A stretch of DNA of 64,000 bases from NCBI GenBank assembly GCA_964016885.1, contig OZ024746.1, positions 26,908,001-26,972,000 on the forward strand, written 5' to 3'. This document shows, one piece after another, positions 50,801 through 63,523 of this stretch; positions within the stretch are counted from its first letter, which is position 1; each line of letters begins with the position of its first letter. The stretch comes from Eledone cirrhosa (taxonomy: Eukaryota). Both the position numbers and the translations under genes were made by a program. The notes beneath the pieces are model-generated. The model did no database searches. It saw nothing but the letters and a program-made list of their open reading frames with translations, and was not told the origin of the DNA.

Positions 50801-53800
50801 TAGACATGGTTTCTGTGGTAGCTATTACCTGGACATGGCTACTGTGGTAGCTATTACCTGGACATGGTTACTGTGGTAGCTATTACCTAGACATGGTTAC
50901 TGTGGTAGCTATTACCTGGACATGGTTACTGTGGTAGCTATTACCTAGACATGGCTACTGTGGTAGCTATTACCTGGACATGGCTACTGTGGTAGCTATT
51001 ACCTAGACATGGTTTCTGTGGTAGCTATTACCTGGACATGGCTACTGTGGTAGCTATTACCTGGACATGGTTACTGTGGTAGCTATTACCTAGACATGGT
51101 TACTGTGGTAGCTATTACCTGGGCATGGCTACTATGGTAGCTATTACCTAGACATGGCTACTGTGGTAGCTATTACCTGGACATGGTTACTGTGGTAGCT
51201 ATTACCTAGACATGGCTACTGTGGTAGCTATTACCTGGACATGGCTACTGTGGTAGCTATTACCTGGACATGGCTACTGTGGTAGCTATTACCTAGACAT
51301 GGTTTCTGTGGTAGCTATTACCTGGACATGGCTACTGTGGTAGCTATTACCTAGACATGGTTACTGTGGTAGCTATTACCTAGACATGGTTACTGTGGTA
51401 GCTATTACCTGGACATGGCTACTATGGTAGCTATTACCTAGACATGGCTACTGTGGTAGCTATTACCTGGACATGGTTACTGTGGTAGCTATTACCTGGA
51501 CATGGCTACTGTGGTAGCTATTACCTAGACATGGTTACTGTGGTAGCTATTACCTAGACATGGTTACTGTGGTAGCTATTACCTAGACATGGTTACTGTG
51601 GTAGCTATTACCTAGACATGGTTACTGTGGTAGCTATTACCTAGACATGGTTACTGTGGTAGCTATTACCTGGACATGGTTACTGTGGTAGCTATTACCT
51701 GGACATGGCTACTATGGTAGCTATTACCTAGACATGGCTACTGTGGTAGCTATTACCTAGACATGGTTACTGTGGTAGCTATTACCTGGACATGGTTACT
51801 GTGGTAGCTATTACCTGGACATGGTTACTGTGGTAGCTATTACCTGGACATGGCTACTGTGGTAGCTATTACCTAGACATGGCTACTATGGTAGCTATTA
51901 CCTGGACATGGTTACTATGGTAGCTATTACCTAGACATGGTTACTGTGGTAGCTATTACCTAGACATGGTTACTGTGGTAGCTATTACCTAGACATGGTT
52001 ACTGTGGTAGCTATTACCTAGACATGGTTACTGTGGTAGCTATTACCTGGACATGGCTACTGTGGTAGCTATTACCTGGACATGGTTACTATGGTAGCTA
52101 TTACCTGGACATGGCTACTGTGGTAGCTATTACCTAGACATGGTTTCTGTGGTAGCTATTACCTGGACATGGTTACTGTGGTAGCTATTTCCTGGACATG
52201 GTTACTGTGGTAGCTATTACCTAGACATGGTTACTGTGGTAGCTATTACCTGGACATGGCTACTGTGGTAGCTATTACCTGGACATGGTTTCTGTGGTAG
52301 CTATTACCTAGACATGGTTACTGTGGTAGCTATTACCTGGACATGGTTACTGTGGTAGCTATTACCTGGACATGGTTACTGTGGTAGCTATTTCCTGGAC
52401 ATGGTTACTGTGGTAGCTATTACCTGGACATGGTTACTGTGGTAGCTATTACCTGGACATGGCTACTATGGTAGCTATTACCTAGACATGGTTACTGTGG
52501 TAGCTATTACCTGGACATGGCTACTGTGGTAGCTATTACCTGGACATGGTTACTGTGGTAGCTATTACCTGGACATGGCTACTGTGGTAGCTATTACCTG
52601 GACATGGCTACTGTGGTAGCTATTACCTGGACATGGTTACTGTGGTAGCTATTACCTGGACATGGCTACTGTGGTAGCTATTACCTGGACATGGCTACTG
52701 TGGTAGCTATTACCTGGACATGGTTACTGTGGTAGCTATTACCTGGACATGGCTACTGTGGTAGCTATTACCTGGACATGGCTACTGTGGTAGCTATTAC
52801 CTGGACATGGTTACTGTGGTAGCTATTACCTGGACATGGCTACTGTGGTAGCTATTACCTGGACATGGTTTCTGTGGTAGCTATTACCTAGACATGGTTA
52901 CTGTGGTAGCTATTACCTGGACATGGCTACTGTGGTAGCTATTACCTAGACATGGCTACTGTGGTAGCTATTACCTGGACATGGCTACTGTGGTAGCTAT
53001 TACCTGGACATGGTTACTGTGGTAGCTATTACCTGGACATGGCTACTGTGGTAGCTATTACCTGGACATGGCTACTGTGGTAGCTATTACCTGGACATGG
53101 CTACTGTGGTAGCTATTACCTAGACATGGTTACTATGGTAGCTATTACCTAGACATGGCTACTGTGGTAGCTATTACCTAGACATGGCTACTATGGTAGC
53201 TATTACCTAGACATGGCTACTGTGGTAGCTATTACCTGGACATGGCTACTATGGTAGCTATTACCTAGACATGGTTACTGTGGTAGCTATTACCTGGACA
53301 TGGCTACTGTGGTAGCTATTACCTGGACATGGCTACTGTGGTAGCTATTACCTGGACATGGCTACTATGGTAGCTATTACCTAGACATGGCTACTATGGT
53401 AGCTATTACCTGGACATGGTTACTGTGGTAGCTATTACCTGGACATGGCTACTGTGGTAGCTATTACCTGGACATGGTTACTGTGGTAGCTATTACCTGG
53501 ACATGGCTACTGTGGTAGCTATTACCTGGACATGGCTACTGTGGTAGCTATTACCTGGACATGGCTACTGTGGTAGCTATTACCTGGACATGGCTACTAT
53601 GGTAGCTATTACCTAGACATGGTTACTATGGTAGCTATTACCTGGACATGGTTACTGTGGTAGCTATTACCTGGACATGGCTACTGTGGTAGCTATTACC
53701 TGGACATGGCTACTGTGGTAGCTATTACCTGGACATGGCTACTATGGTAGCTATTACCTAGACATGGTTACTATGGTAGCTATTACCTGGACATGGTTAC

Positions 53801-55985
53801 TGTGGTAGCTATTACCTGGACATGGCTACTGTGGTAGCTATTACCTGGACATGGCTACTATGGTAGCTATTACCTAGACATGGCTACTGTGGTAGCTATT
53901 ACCTAGACATGGCTACTGTGGTAGCTATTACCTAGACATGGTTACTGTGGTAGCTATTACCTGGACATGGTTACTATGGTAGCTATTACCTAGACATGGC
54001 TACTATGGTAGCTATTACCTGGACATGGTTACTGTGGTAGCTATTACCTGGACATGGCTACTGTGGTAGCTATTACCTAGACATGGTTTCTGTGGTAGCT
54101 ATTACCTGGACATGGCTACTGTGGTAGCTATTACCTGGACATGGTTACTGTGGTAGCTATTACCTGGACATGGCTACTGTGGTAGCTATTACCTAGACAT
54201 GGTTTCTGTGGTAGCTATTACCTGGACATGGTTACTGTGGTAGCTATTACCTGGACATGGCTACTGTGGTAGCTATTACCTAGACATGGTTTCTGTGGTA
54301 GCTATTACCTGGACATGGTTACTGTGGTAGCTATTACCTGGACATGGTTACTGTGGTAGCTATTACCTGGACATGGCTACTGTGGTAGCTATTACCTAGA
54401 CATGGTTTCTGTGGTAGCTATTACCTAGACATGGTTACTGTGGTAGCTATTACCTGGACATGGTTACTGTGGTAGCTATTACCTGGACATGGCTACTGTG
54501 GTAGCTATTACCTGGACATGGCTACTGTGATAGCTATTACCTGGACATGGCTACTGTGGTAGCTATTACCTGGACATGGTTACTGTGGTAGCTATTACCT
54601 GGACATGGTTACTGTGGTAGCTATTACCTGGACATGGCTACTGTGGTAGCTATTACCTGGACATGGTTACTGTGGTAGCTATTACCTGGACATGGTTACT
54701 GTGGTAGCTATTACCTGGACATGGCTACTGTGGTAGCTATTACCTAGACATGGTTACTGTGGTAGCTATTACCTGGGCATGGTTACTATGGTAGCTATTA
54801 CCTGGACATGGCTACTGTGGTAGCTATTACCTGGACATGGTTACTGTGGTAGCTATTACCTGGACATGGTTACTATGGTAGCTATTACCTGGACATGGCT
54901 ACTGTGGTAGCTATTACCTGGACATGGCTACTGTGGTAGCTATTACCTGGACATGGTTACTGTGGTAGCTATTACCTGGACATGGTTACTGTGGTAGCTA
55001 TTACCTGGACATGGCTACTGTGGTAGCTATTACCTAGACATGGTTACTGTGGTAGCTATTACCTAGACATGGTTACTGTGGTAGCTATTACCTAGACATG
55101 GTTACTGTGGTAGCTATTACCTGGACATGGCTACTGTGGTAGCTATTACCCGGACATGGTTACTGTGGTAGCTATTACCTGGACATGGTTACTGTGGTAG
55201 CTATTACCTGGACATGGCTACTGTGGTAGCTATTACCTGGACATGGCTACTGTGGTAGCTATTACCTAGACATGGTTACTGTGGTAGCTATTACCTGGAC
55301 ATGGTTACTGTGGTAGCTATTACCTGGACATGGTTACTGTGGTAGCTATTACCTGGACATGGTTACTGTGGTAGCTATTACCTAGACATGGTTACTGTGG
55401 TAGCTATTACCTGGACATGGTTACTATGGTAGCTATTACCTGGACATGGCTACTGTGGTAGCTATTACCTGGACATGGTTACTGTGGTAGCTATTACCTG
55501 GACATGGTTACTATGGTAGCTATTACCTGGACATGGCTACTGTGGTAGCTATTACCTGGACATGGCTACTGTGGTAGCTATTACCTGGACATGGTTACTA
55601 TGGTAGCTATTACCTGGACATGGCTACTATGGTAGCTATTACCTGGACATGGTTACTGTGGTAGCTATTACCTGGACATGGTTACTGTGGTAGCTATTAC
55701 CTGGACATGGTTACTGTGGTAGCTATTACCTGGACATGGTTACTGTGGTAGCTATTACCTGGACATGGTTACCTTGGTAGCTATTACCTGGACATGGTTA
55801 CTGTGGTAGCTATTACCTGGACATGGTTACTGTGGTAGCTATTACCTGGACATGGTTACTGTGGTAGCTATTACCTAGACATGGCTAGTATGGTAGCTAT
55901 TACCTAGACATGGTTACTATGGTAGCTATTTCCTGGACATGGCTATTGACCTACTTTGGTAGTCATTACCTGGACATGTCTATCT
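47830..55985. repeat. 29-bp satellite, roughly 275 monomers: GGTAGCTATTACCTRGACATGGYTWCTRT
   Basis: Strict 29-bp period over 47946-55945, with degenerate longer units at both edges. Confidence 0.98.
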
Positions 55986-56110
55986 GTTCTACCCAATTGC
56001 CACTTCCTTTTATACTTTAATTCATCTTTCCACTGTTTCTTCTTTCATCTCAGATTCCTCCGTTTATGTTTCTTATTTAATACACATGTGAGGATATGTA
56101 TATTTACCTT

Positions 56111-56883
56111 TCATCATCATCACCGTTTTACGTCCGTTCTTCCACGCTAGCATGGGTTAGACGGGTTGTCCTGTTGTGGGCAGTGTCTGGTCGGCTGACC
56201 ATGCCTTGCTCATACAGGAACTGATCTGGCTTGATTTCTACAGCTGGATGCCCTTCCTAACACCAACCTCATTTACAGTGAGTGCTGGGTGCTTTTTCGT
56301 GGCGCCTACACGTCCACTTTACAGTGTGGGCTGGGTGCTTTTTTGCCGTGGCACCTCCACGACCACCTTGCGGTGGGGGGAGTGGGGGCATATTGTTTAT
56401 ATGCTTCAGCATGTACCCATGGGAGGTCGGGTACCCTGTATTACTGCGTGACGCCAGAAGTCACGGTCGTGTGTCATTGACTTTGAGAGGTGTAGTTGGG
56501 TAAGGTCGGCTTTTATCACCTCATCCCAAGTCATCTTGGGTCTCCCCACTCCGCGGTTTCCATCAACTTCTAGTGCTCTGCACCTTTTTATGCAGCTGTC
56601 ATCCTTCATACGCATCACATGTCCATACCAGCGTAACCGCCTCTCCTGCACGCAGCATTTGATTCCTCTTATGTTCAGTCTCTCTCTCAATTCCTTTATG
56701 CTTTGTCGTTCACGTATATTACTGTTACACATCCATCGGAGCATGCAGGCTTCGTTTCTCTCTAATCTACGTAAGTCTTCCACCTTCAGCGCCCAGGTCT
56801 CACTACCATGCAACATCGCTGTTCGGATACACGCATCATACAGTCTGCCTTTCATTCTGAGGGAGAAGCCTTTTGCAGCTAGC
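56111..56883 (-). mobile_element. 5'-truncated RTE LINE (ORF C-terminus, 3' UTR, (GAT)n tail); sister subfamily of 56971-59660
   Basis: ORF 56406-56885 LAAKGFSLRMKGRLYDACIRTAMLHGSETW...ERRLRWYGHVMRM; tail at 56111-56160. Confidence 0.92.
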
Positions 56884-56970
56884 ATATTGTATTTGTATTT
56901 ATATGTGCATCAATGTTATATATTGTATTTGTATTTATATGTGCATCAATGTTATATATTGTATTTGTAT
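56884..56970. repeat. 36-bp minisatellite, left part (continues at 59660-59777)
   Basis: Unit TGTGCATCAATGTTATATATTGTATTTGTATTTATA on both sides of the LINE. Confidence 0.9.
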
Positions 56971-59660
56971 CAATCACTTGATCACCTACAGATCAGGGGA
57001 ACATACCAGCCAGGTAGATTATATCCTTACCAGAAGACGTGACAAAGTGACTGTTGTAAACACTAAATCCCTCCCCCATGAGGAATGCACCTCCCAACAT
57101 AGACTGATAATTAGCGACCTAATAGTCAGGACGAGACGTACTAGACAACAGAAGAGGACTATCCTCAGGAGAAAAATATGGAAGCTAAAGGACCCCACAG
57201 CCAAAAATAAATTCCAAAGCATATTACTTGATGCTTTCGACAGTAAGGAAGAGCAATTAGAGTCGTACAAGGTAGAGGAACAGTGGGAATTCCTGAAAGC
57301 AAACCTGCTGACGGCGGCAGACGAAGTCTGTGGCTGGAGCAGGCCTGTAGGCAGGAGGAGAGTAACATGGTGGTGGAACAGTAAGGTGGAGGGGTCAATT
57401 AAGGCCAAAAAGCAGGCTTGGAAAGTATGGCGGGATGGGGAAAGCAGAGAAGACTATCAAGTGGCCAGGAGGGAAGCTAGGAGACAAGTGTACTTCGCAA
57501 GAAGGGAAGCAGAGGAAAGAAAGTTCAAGCATGTTCTACAACGTGAGGACCAAAAACGTGAGGTGTTCAGGATTGCTAGGCAATGTGTCAAGGAAAACAG
57601 TGATATTGTCGGGGATAAGTGTGTACTTAACGATGACGGCATACTTGCCATCACCGACGCTGATAAGAAGGTAGCTTGGAAGTGTCACTATGAAAGGCTA
57701 CTAAATGAGGAGAATAAATGGGAGAAAAACAGTCTCCCCCACATCGACCCAATAGAGGGACCAGCAGTGTTAGTCGAGGGTAGTATAATAAGTAAGGCAA
57801 TCAAGGATATGAAGACGGGTAAGGCGGCTGGGCCTTCGGAAATAGTTGCTGAGATGCTGAAGGCATCTGGTACGGTGGGACACACCATGGTCACCCGGAT
57901 AGTCAACCAAGTCATACAGCATGGGGTTGTTCCGAAGGACTGGCGTAGCAGCATCATCGTTAACTGTTATAAGGGTAAAGGAGATGCCCTAGATAGGAGT
58001 AACTATAGAGGCATTAAATTAATCGACCAGGTCATGAAGGTCACGGAAAAAGTAATAGCGCAACTAATCAGAGAGCGAATTGATCTAGATGAAATGCAGT
58101 TCGGGTTTGTGTCAGGAAAAAGTACCACGGATGCTCTTTTCATTGTACGACAACTACAGGAGAAGTACCTAGCTAAAAGTAAACCCCTATACTTAGCTTT
58201 TGTCGACTTGGAGAAGGCCTTCGACAGAGTCCCCCGTTCCATTATCTGGTGGGCTCTTAGAAAACTAGGTGTTGATGAATGGCTTGTGAGAGCTATACAA
58301 GCCATGTATAAAGAAACAGTCAGCAAGGTTAGAATTAACAACGAATATAGTGAAGAGTTTAGTGTAAAAGTTGGTGTTCATCAGGGCTCTGTTCTTAGCC
58401 CCCTACTATTTATTATTGCCCTCCAGGCTATAACAGTGGAGTTCAAGACCGGCTGCCCATGGGAACTCCTATACGCAGATGATCTAACGCTCATAGCTGA
58501 ATCAATGGCCGAGCTAGAGAAGAAATTCCAAACATGGAAGCACGGCCTAGAATCAAAAGGCCTTAAAATTAACCTGGCTAAGACTAAAGTTCTAGTTTGT
58601 AAGAAAGAAAATAAGGCGGCGGTCCCCTTCGGGAAGTGGCCATGCGCAGAGTGTAGTAAAGGCGTAGGTAGAAATTCCATTTTGTGTCCCAAATGCAAAG
58701 TTTGGGTGTATAAAAGATGTAGTGGGATCACAGGTAAGCTAACTAAGAACATAGATTTTACATGTGGCCGGTGTTCTGGGGCAATAAGTAGCAGCAAGTG
58801 CCCACAAAATACTAGCTCTTTCAACTGCGCAGAGGGTTCTATAGAAATAGTGGACAGCTTCCGTTACCTGGGTGACAAAATCAGCAGTGGGGGAGGGTGC
58901 TCTGAAAGTACAGTAGCTAGAGTCAGAACTGGGTGGAAAAAGTTCAGAGAGCTTATACCACTATTAGCCGCTAAAGGGCTCTCCCTAAAAATGAAAGGCA
59001 GGTTGTACGATGCCTGCATACGAACAGCAATGTTGCATGGCAGTGAGACCTGGGCATTGTGTGCAGAGGATATACGCAGACTAGAGAGAAACGAAGCTTG
59101 CATGCTCCGCTGGATGTGTAATAGTAATATACGTGAACGACAAAGCATAAACGAACTAAGGAAAAAATTAGAAATAAGAGGGATCAGATGTTGTTTACTC
59201 GAGAGAAGGCTACGTTGGTATGGTCACGTGATGCGCATGAAGGACGATAGCTGTATAACAAAGTGCAGGGCAATAAAGATAGACGGTAGCCACGGAATAG
59301 GCAGACCCAGAAAAACCTGGGACGAGCTGATAAACTCCGACCTCACACACTTACACCTCACCAAGACAATGTCACTGGACCGAGACCTTTGGCGGTACTC
59401 AGTAATAGAGAAGACCCGCCTTACCTAAATACAAAGTAAAACCTACTACAGTCAGTAGGCATCTCTAACAAAACACGGATTAAAACCTCCCAGACCCACA
59501 CTGTAAACGTGGTTGGTGTTAGGAAGGGCATCCAACTGTAGAAAACCTGCCAGACAGTCCTATGCGAGCAAGACAATCACTCTTGCCTCAAGTGGGAAAA
59601 CCCCCGTCCAAACCCATGCAAGCGTGGAACACGGACGTTAAACGTTGATGATGATGATGA
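56971..59660 (+). mobile_element. Young 5'-truncated RTE-clade LINE with 3' UTR and (GAT)n tail
   Basis: Begins in the APE C-terminus (ITYRSG..SQVDYIL...SQHRLI); open RT; tail CCCATGCAAGCGTGGAACACGGACGTTAAACGTT(GAT)n. Confidence 0.95.
56972..59428 (+). CDS. RTE polyprotein lacking its N-terminus: APE tail, reverse transcriptase, PHD-type zinc finger
   Basis: RT motifs NYRGIKL, QFGF, AFVDLEKAFDRV, GVHQGSVLSPLLF, YADDL, FRYLG; Cys cluster at 58643-58774. The first ~33 aa of the computed ORF come from minisatellite. Confidence 0.9.
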   Translation, partial: NHLITYRSGEHTSQVDYILTRRRDKVTVVNTKSLPHEECTSQHRLIISDLIVRTRRTRQQKRTILRRKIWKLKDPTAKNKFQSILLDAFDSKEEQLESYKVEEQWEFLKANLLTAADEVCGWSRPVGRRRVTWWWNSKVEGSIKAKKQAWKVWRDGESREDYQVARREARRQVYFARREAEERKFKHVLQREDQKREVFRIARQCVKENSDIVGDKCVLNDDGILAITDADKKVAWKCHYERLLNEENKWEKNSLPHIDPIEGPAVLVEGSIISKAIKDMKTGKAAGPSEIVAEMLKASGTVGHTMVTRIVNQVIQHGVVPKDWRSSIIVNCYKGKGDALDRSNYRGIKLIDQVMKVTEKVIAQLIRERIDLDEMQFGFVSGKSTTDALFIVRQLQEKYLAKSKPLYLAFVDLEKAFDRVPRSIIWWALRKLGVDEWLVRAIQAMYKETVSKVRINNEYSEEFSVKVGVHQGSVLSPLLFIIALQAITVEFKTGCPWELLYADDLTLIAESMAELEKKFQTWKHGLESKGLKINLAKTKVLVCKKENKAAVPFGKWPCAECSKGVGRNSILCPKCKVWVYKRCSGITGKLTKNIDFTCGRCSGAISSSKCPQNTSSFNCAEGSIEIVDSFRYLGDKISSGGGCSESTVARVRTGWKKFRELIPLLAAKGLSLKMKGRLYDACIRTAMLHGSETWALCAEDIRRLERNEACMLRWMCNSNIRERQSINELRKKLEIRGIRCCLLERRLRWYGHVMRMKDDSCITKCRAIKIDGSHGIGRPRKTWDELINSDLTHLHLTKTMSLDRDLWRYSVIEKTRLT

Positions 59661-59777
59661 TGTGCATCAATGTTATATATTGTATTTGTATTTATATGTG
59701 CATCAATGTTATATATTGTATTTGTATTTATATGTGCATCAATGTTATATATTGTATTTGTATTTATATGTGCATCA
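59660..59777. repeat. 36-bp minisatellite, right part (~3.3 copies)
   Basis: Same unit as 56884-56970. Confidence 0.9.
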
Positions 59778-60477
59778 CTGTTTTATGTCTTTTTTATGCT
59801 TGCATGGGTTAAATAGGTTGTTATATTCTGAAGTTAGACATGTAAGATGACTGTCCCAACACTAACCACTTCACAGGGTGTACTGGGTGGGTTTTATTGT
59901 GGTACCACCATAACTATTTGATAGGGTGCACTGGGTGTTTCTTATCATGACTCTGAAATACTACTTTACAGAGTAGGCTGAGTGCATTTTATTGTGAGAC
60001 CAGCACTACCACACTTCAACACTATGGCACTTATGGTTGGGAGGGCAGTGATGGGGATGAGAGCAAAGTGCTGCTTGCTAGGGCTTCAAAATAAGTAAGA
60101 GGTATATTCACAGATTTAATATTGTACTCCAGTTTGTCTTTATATCTGAGTAATGGCCTGCCTATATTATGTGGATCATTATGAAGTTGACTGTATAAAA
60201 GCACCTTGAGTGTGCAGTCCTCAGTCATGCATAGGATATGACCAGCCTATCTGAGTTGGGATTGCATCAGAAATGAATCAATCCCATACCTCATGAATAT
60301 ATCAGAAAGTGCATAACCACAGTCAATGTTTGTGAAAGACATCAAGCTTATAAATGTGTCCATGACTCCAAGCCATATAAAAGTGTTGTTAGTACCACTG
60401 AAAAATAAACTGCAATTTTGGTTTTCAGGGATAAACCTCTGACACCCCATAGATGATGATGTAGTTTTCCAAAGGCG

Positions 60478-60691
60478 TCATCATCATCATCATCATCATT
60501 TTACGTCCGCTTTTCCCTGCTTGCAAGGGTGGGACAGGAACTGATTCTGGCTTGATTTCTACAGCTGGATGCCCTTCCTAACACCAACCTCATTTACAGT
60601 GAGTGCTAGGTGTTTTTTTTTTCTGTGGCGTCTACACATCCACTTTACAGTGTGGGCTGGGTGCTTTTTTGCCGTGGCACCTCCACGACCA
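60478..60691 (-). mobile_element. RTE 3' UTR/tail (56111-56883 subfamily)
   Basis: Nearly identical to 56215-56365. Confidence 0.85.
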
Positions 60692-60869
60692 ATTTGCAGT
60701 GGAATGATATGGACCACAGTCCCTATCATCCCATTTCTACAGCTGAATAAACTGGAGCAATGTGAAATAAAGTGTCTTGCTCAAGGAAACAACACATCAC
60801 CCGGTCTGAGAATTGAACTCACAACCTTTCGATTGCAAGGCCAATGTTCTAACCACTAAGCCATGTGCC
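60692..60869 (-). mobile_element. Uninterrupted tRNA-derived SINE (paralog of the split copy at 15109-16973)
   Basis: Minus strand: A box TGGCTTAGTGG, B box GAGTTCAATTC, body CCTTGAGCAAGACACTTTATTTCAC. Confidence 0.88.
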
Positions 60870-62485
60870 ACTAAGCCACTAAGCCATGTCAGTTGCTTTG
60901 GAAATGTGATTGACAATGTCATCATTCAGGGATCACCTTGCTGCCATGGTAAGTAAAGGAGTTCACATACTTCAGATCCATCAACAGTGATGAGAACATG
61001 TGAATGCCGATGCCCTTGCTGTCCTTGACCAATATCTTTTATTTGCCTGGGGTTGGTTGGCTTTGGTTGATGTGCTACCTCAGTCTTTTTAATGCCGATT
61101 GTGAAACCAAGTACCTTACAGGCAAGCGAGAAGTGGTTCATCAATTCTTGTACCTCTTTGAGGGGTGTTGTAACAAGTGCAACATCATCAGTAAGCAGTA
61201 AATCATGAATAACACTTTGTCTAAGTGTTTTAGCCTTAAATCACTGATGGTTGAATAACCCACCTGATGTATGGAATTCAGTGCTGACACCAGTTCTAAG
61301 TCACTAAAAGCATACTGGAGCATTACAGAGAACAAAGCAAAGAGAACAGGAGCTATGACACAACCATGCTTTGTACCATTTGTGACATCAAAGGGTTCAG
61401 AGCACTCACCATTTGACATAATTGATACTCTCATGCCCTCATGAAAAGACATGATAACATTCAGCATATTGTCAGGTTTGCCAAGCTTTTTGAGGATTTT
61501 TCAGAGAGCTTTATGATTGGCAGTGTCAAAGGCTTTGGTCAAGTCAACAAAGACCATAAACAGTTCCTGGCTCTTTTCACAAACCTTCTCAGCAATCTGG
61601 TGAAGGGAGAAAATCATGTGAATAGTATCCCGACCTGTGCAGAAACCACATTGATTTTCAGGGTAGATATCATCCAGTTTGGATGTAATTCTGTTGAGAA
61701 CGACATGAGCAAGTACCTTTCCTGCAATACAGAGAAGGGAGATGCCATGAGAGTTGTCACAGATAGTTTTTTTACCTTTGTTCTTGAAGAGATGGATTAT
61801 AGATGCATCTCTGAAGTCTTGAGGGACATGTTTGAACTTTCAGATTTCCAGAAATAGCTGAAGAAGTTTACAAACCAGTTTTTGACACATATTTTAAAAT
61901 TTCAGGTGGGATGCCATCTTTATGAGGCGCTTTATTGGATGACAGTTGCTTGATAGCTGCTTGTATTTTATTCAAGCTTGGGTTGAATACTAATTCGGTT
62001 ATCTCTGGCCTTTGTGAATAGATAATATTACATCTTCATCTACATTTAACTCTATATTTAACCTTTTCAAAGTATTCCTTCCATGGAGAGAGAGTATCTC
62101 AACTTCGTGTATAGGGTTGTACAATCAGAAGATAGAACTGGATTTGATTTGTTCTCCCTCTGACCATACACTGCCTTCAGACCATTATAAAAGGCCCATG
62201 ATCCTTTTTAGTGGCAGCATCTTGTAGTTCAGCTGCTCTAGCTGCCCACAAGGCATCCTTAATCTTTCTAAGTGCTTGTTGCTTACAATCTTTTAGGCTT
62301 TCGTTTTAGTTTCCAATCCGAGTTTTTGTTTCCAATCCAAAGCCTATTATGCATCTTGCTGATAAGATTTTGGACATCTGAATTGCTTTCATTAAACCAT
62401 TCCTGGTGTTTTCTCATAGGAAATCCTAAGATTTCTACAGAGGCTGCATAGATGACATCTTTGATGATATATATGTATATATATA

Positions 62486-62900
62486 TCATCATGATCATCA
62501 TTTAATGTCTGTTTTTCCTGCTAGCAGGGACTGGACAGGTCTTCATAGACTGAGTCTGTACTTAAAGGAAGCTACTGACCTCTAAGATGGGCTGGAGGCC
62601 AGCATCTTGCTTACATATGATCATGTGCTCTACAGTGTGTATTTTATTGAGAGACCAGCACTAAGGAGATTGTTATGCCTTTGACACATTTGAAGGGTCC
62701 TCCTGACCTTTTGTTTTGCAGGTTTTCTATGGCTGGATGCCCTTCCTATCACCAACCTCTATAAAGAGAGCTGAGTGCATTTTATTGGGACATTAGCACT
62801 ACCACATTTCAATATTTGAGCGCTTGTGCCCTTGGCAATGAGGGCAGTAAGATGGAGTGGAGAGATTAAAGCAGGGTGTAGGCAGCAGTGGGTGACATAT
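62486..62900 (-). mobile_element. Degenerate RTE 3'-UTR-related element
   Basis: (TCA)n TTTAATGTCTGTTTTTCCTGCTAGCAGGG tail and GGCTGGATGCCCTTCCT motif. Confidence 0.6.
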
Positions 62901-62911
62901 AAATGAATCCC

Positions 62912-63501
<590 letters not shown>

Positions 63502-63523
63502 TATATATATATATATATATATA

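Larger units (their letters stand above)
60060..62465 (-). mobile_element. Decayed RTE-BovB-like LINE, interrupted at ~60478-60888
   Basis: SFHEGMRVSIMSNGECSEPFDVTNGTKHGCVIAPVLF; FSLACKVLGFTIGIKKTEV; LLYSQL...GRPLLRYKDKL; KHQEWFNES. Frameshifted. Confidence 0.85.

Noticed and set aside
57019-59148. Several antisense ORFs within the RTE
   Set aside because: Shadow frames of the long RT ORF.
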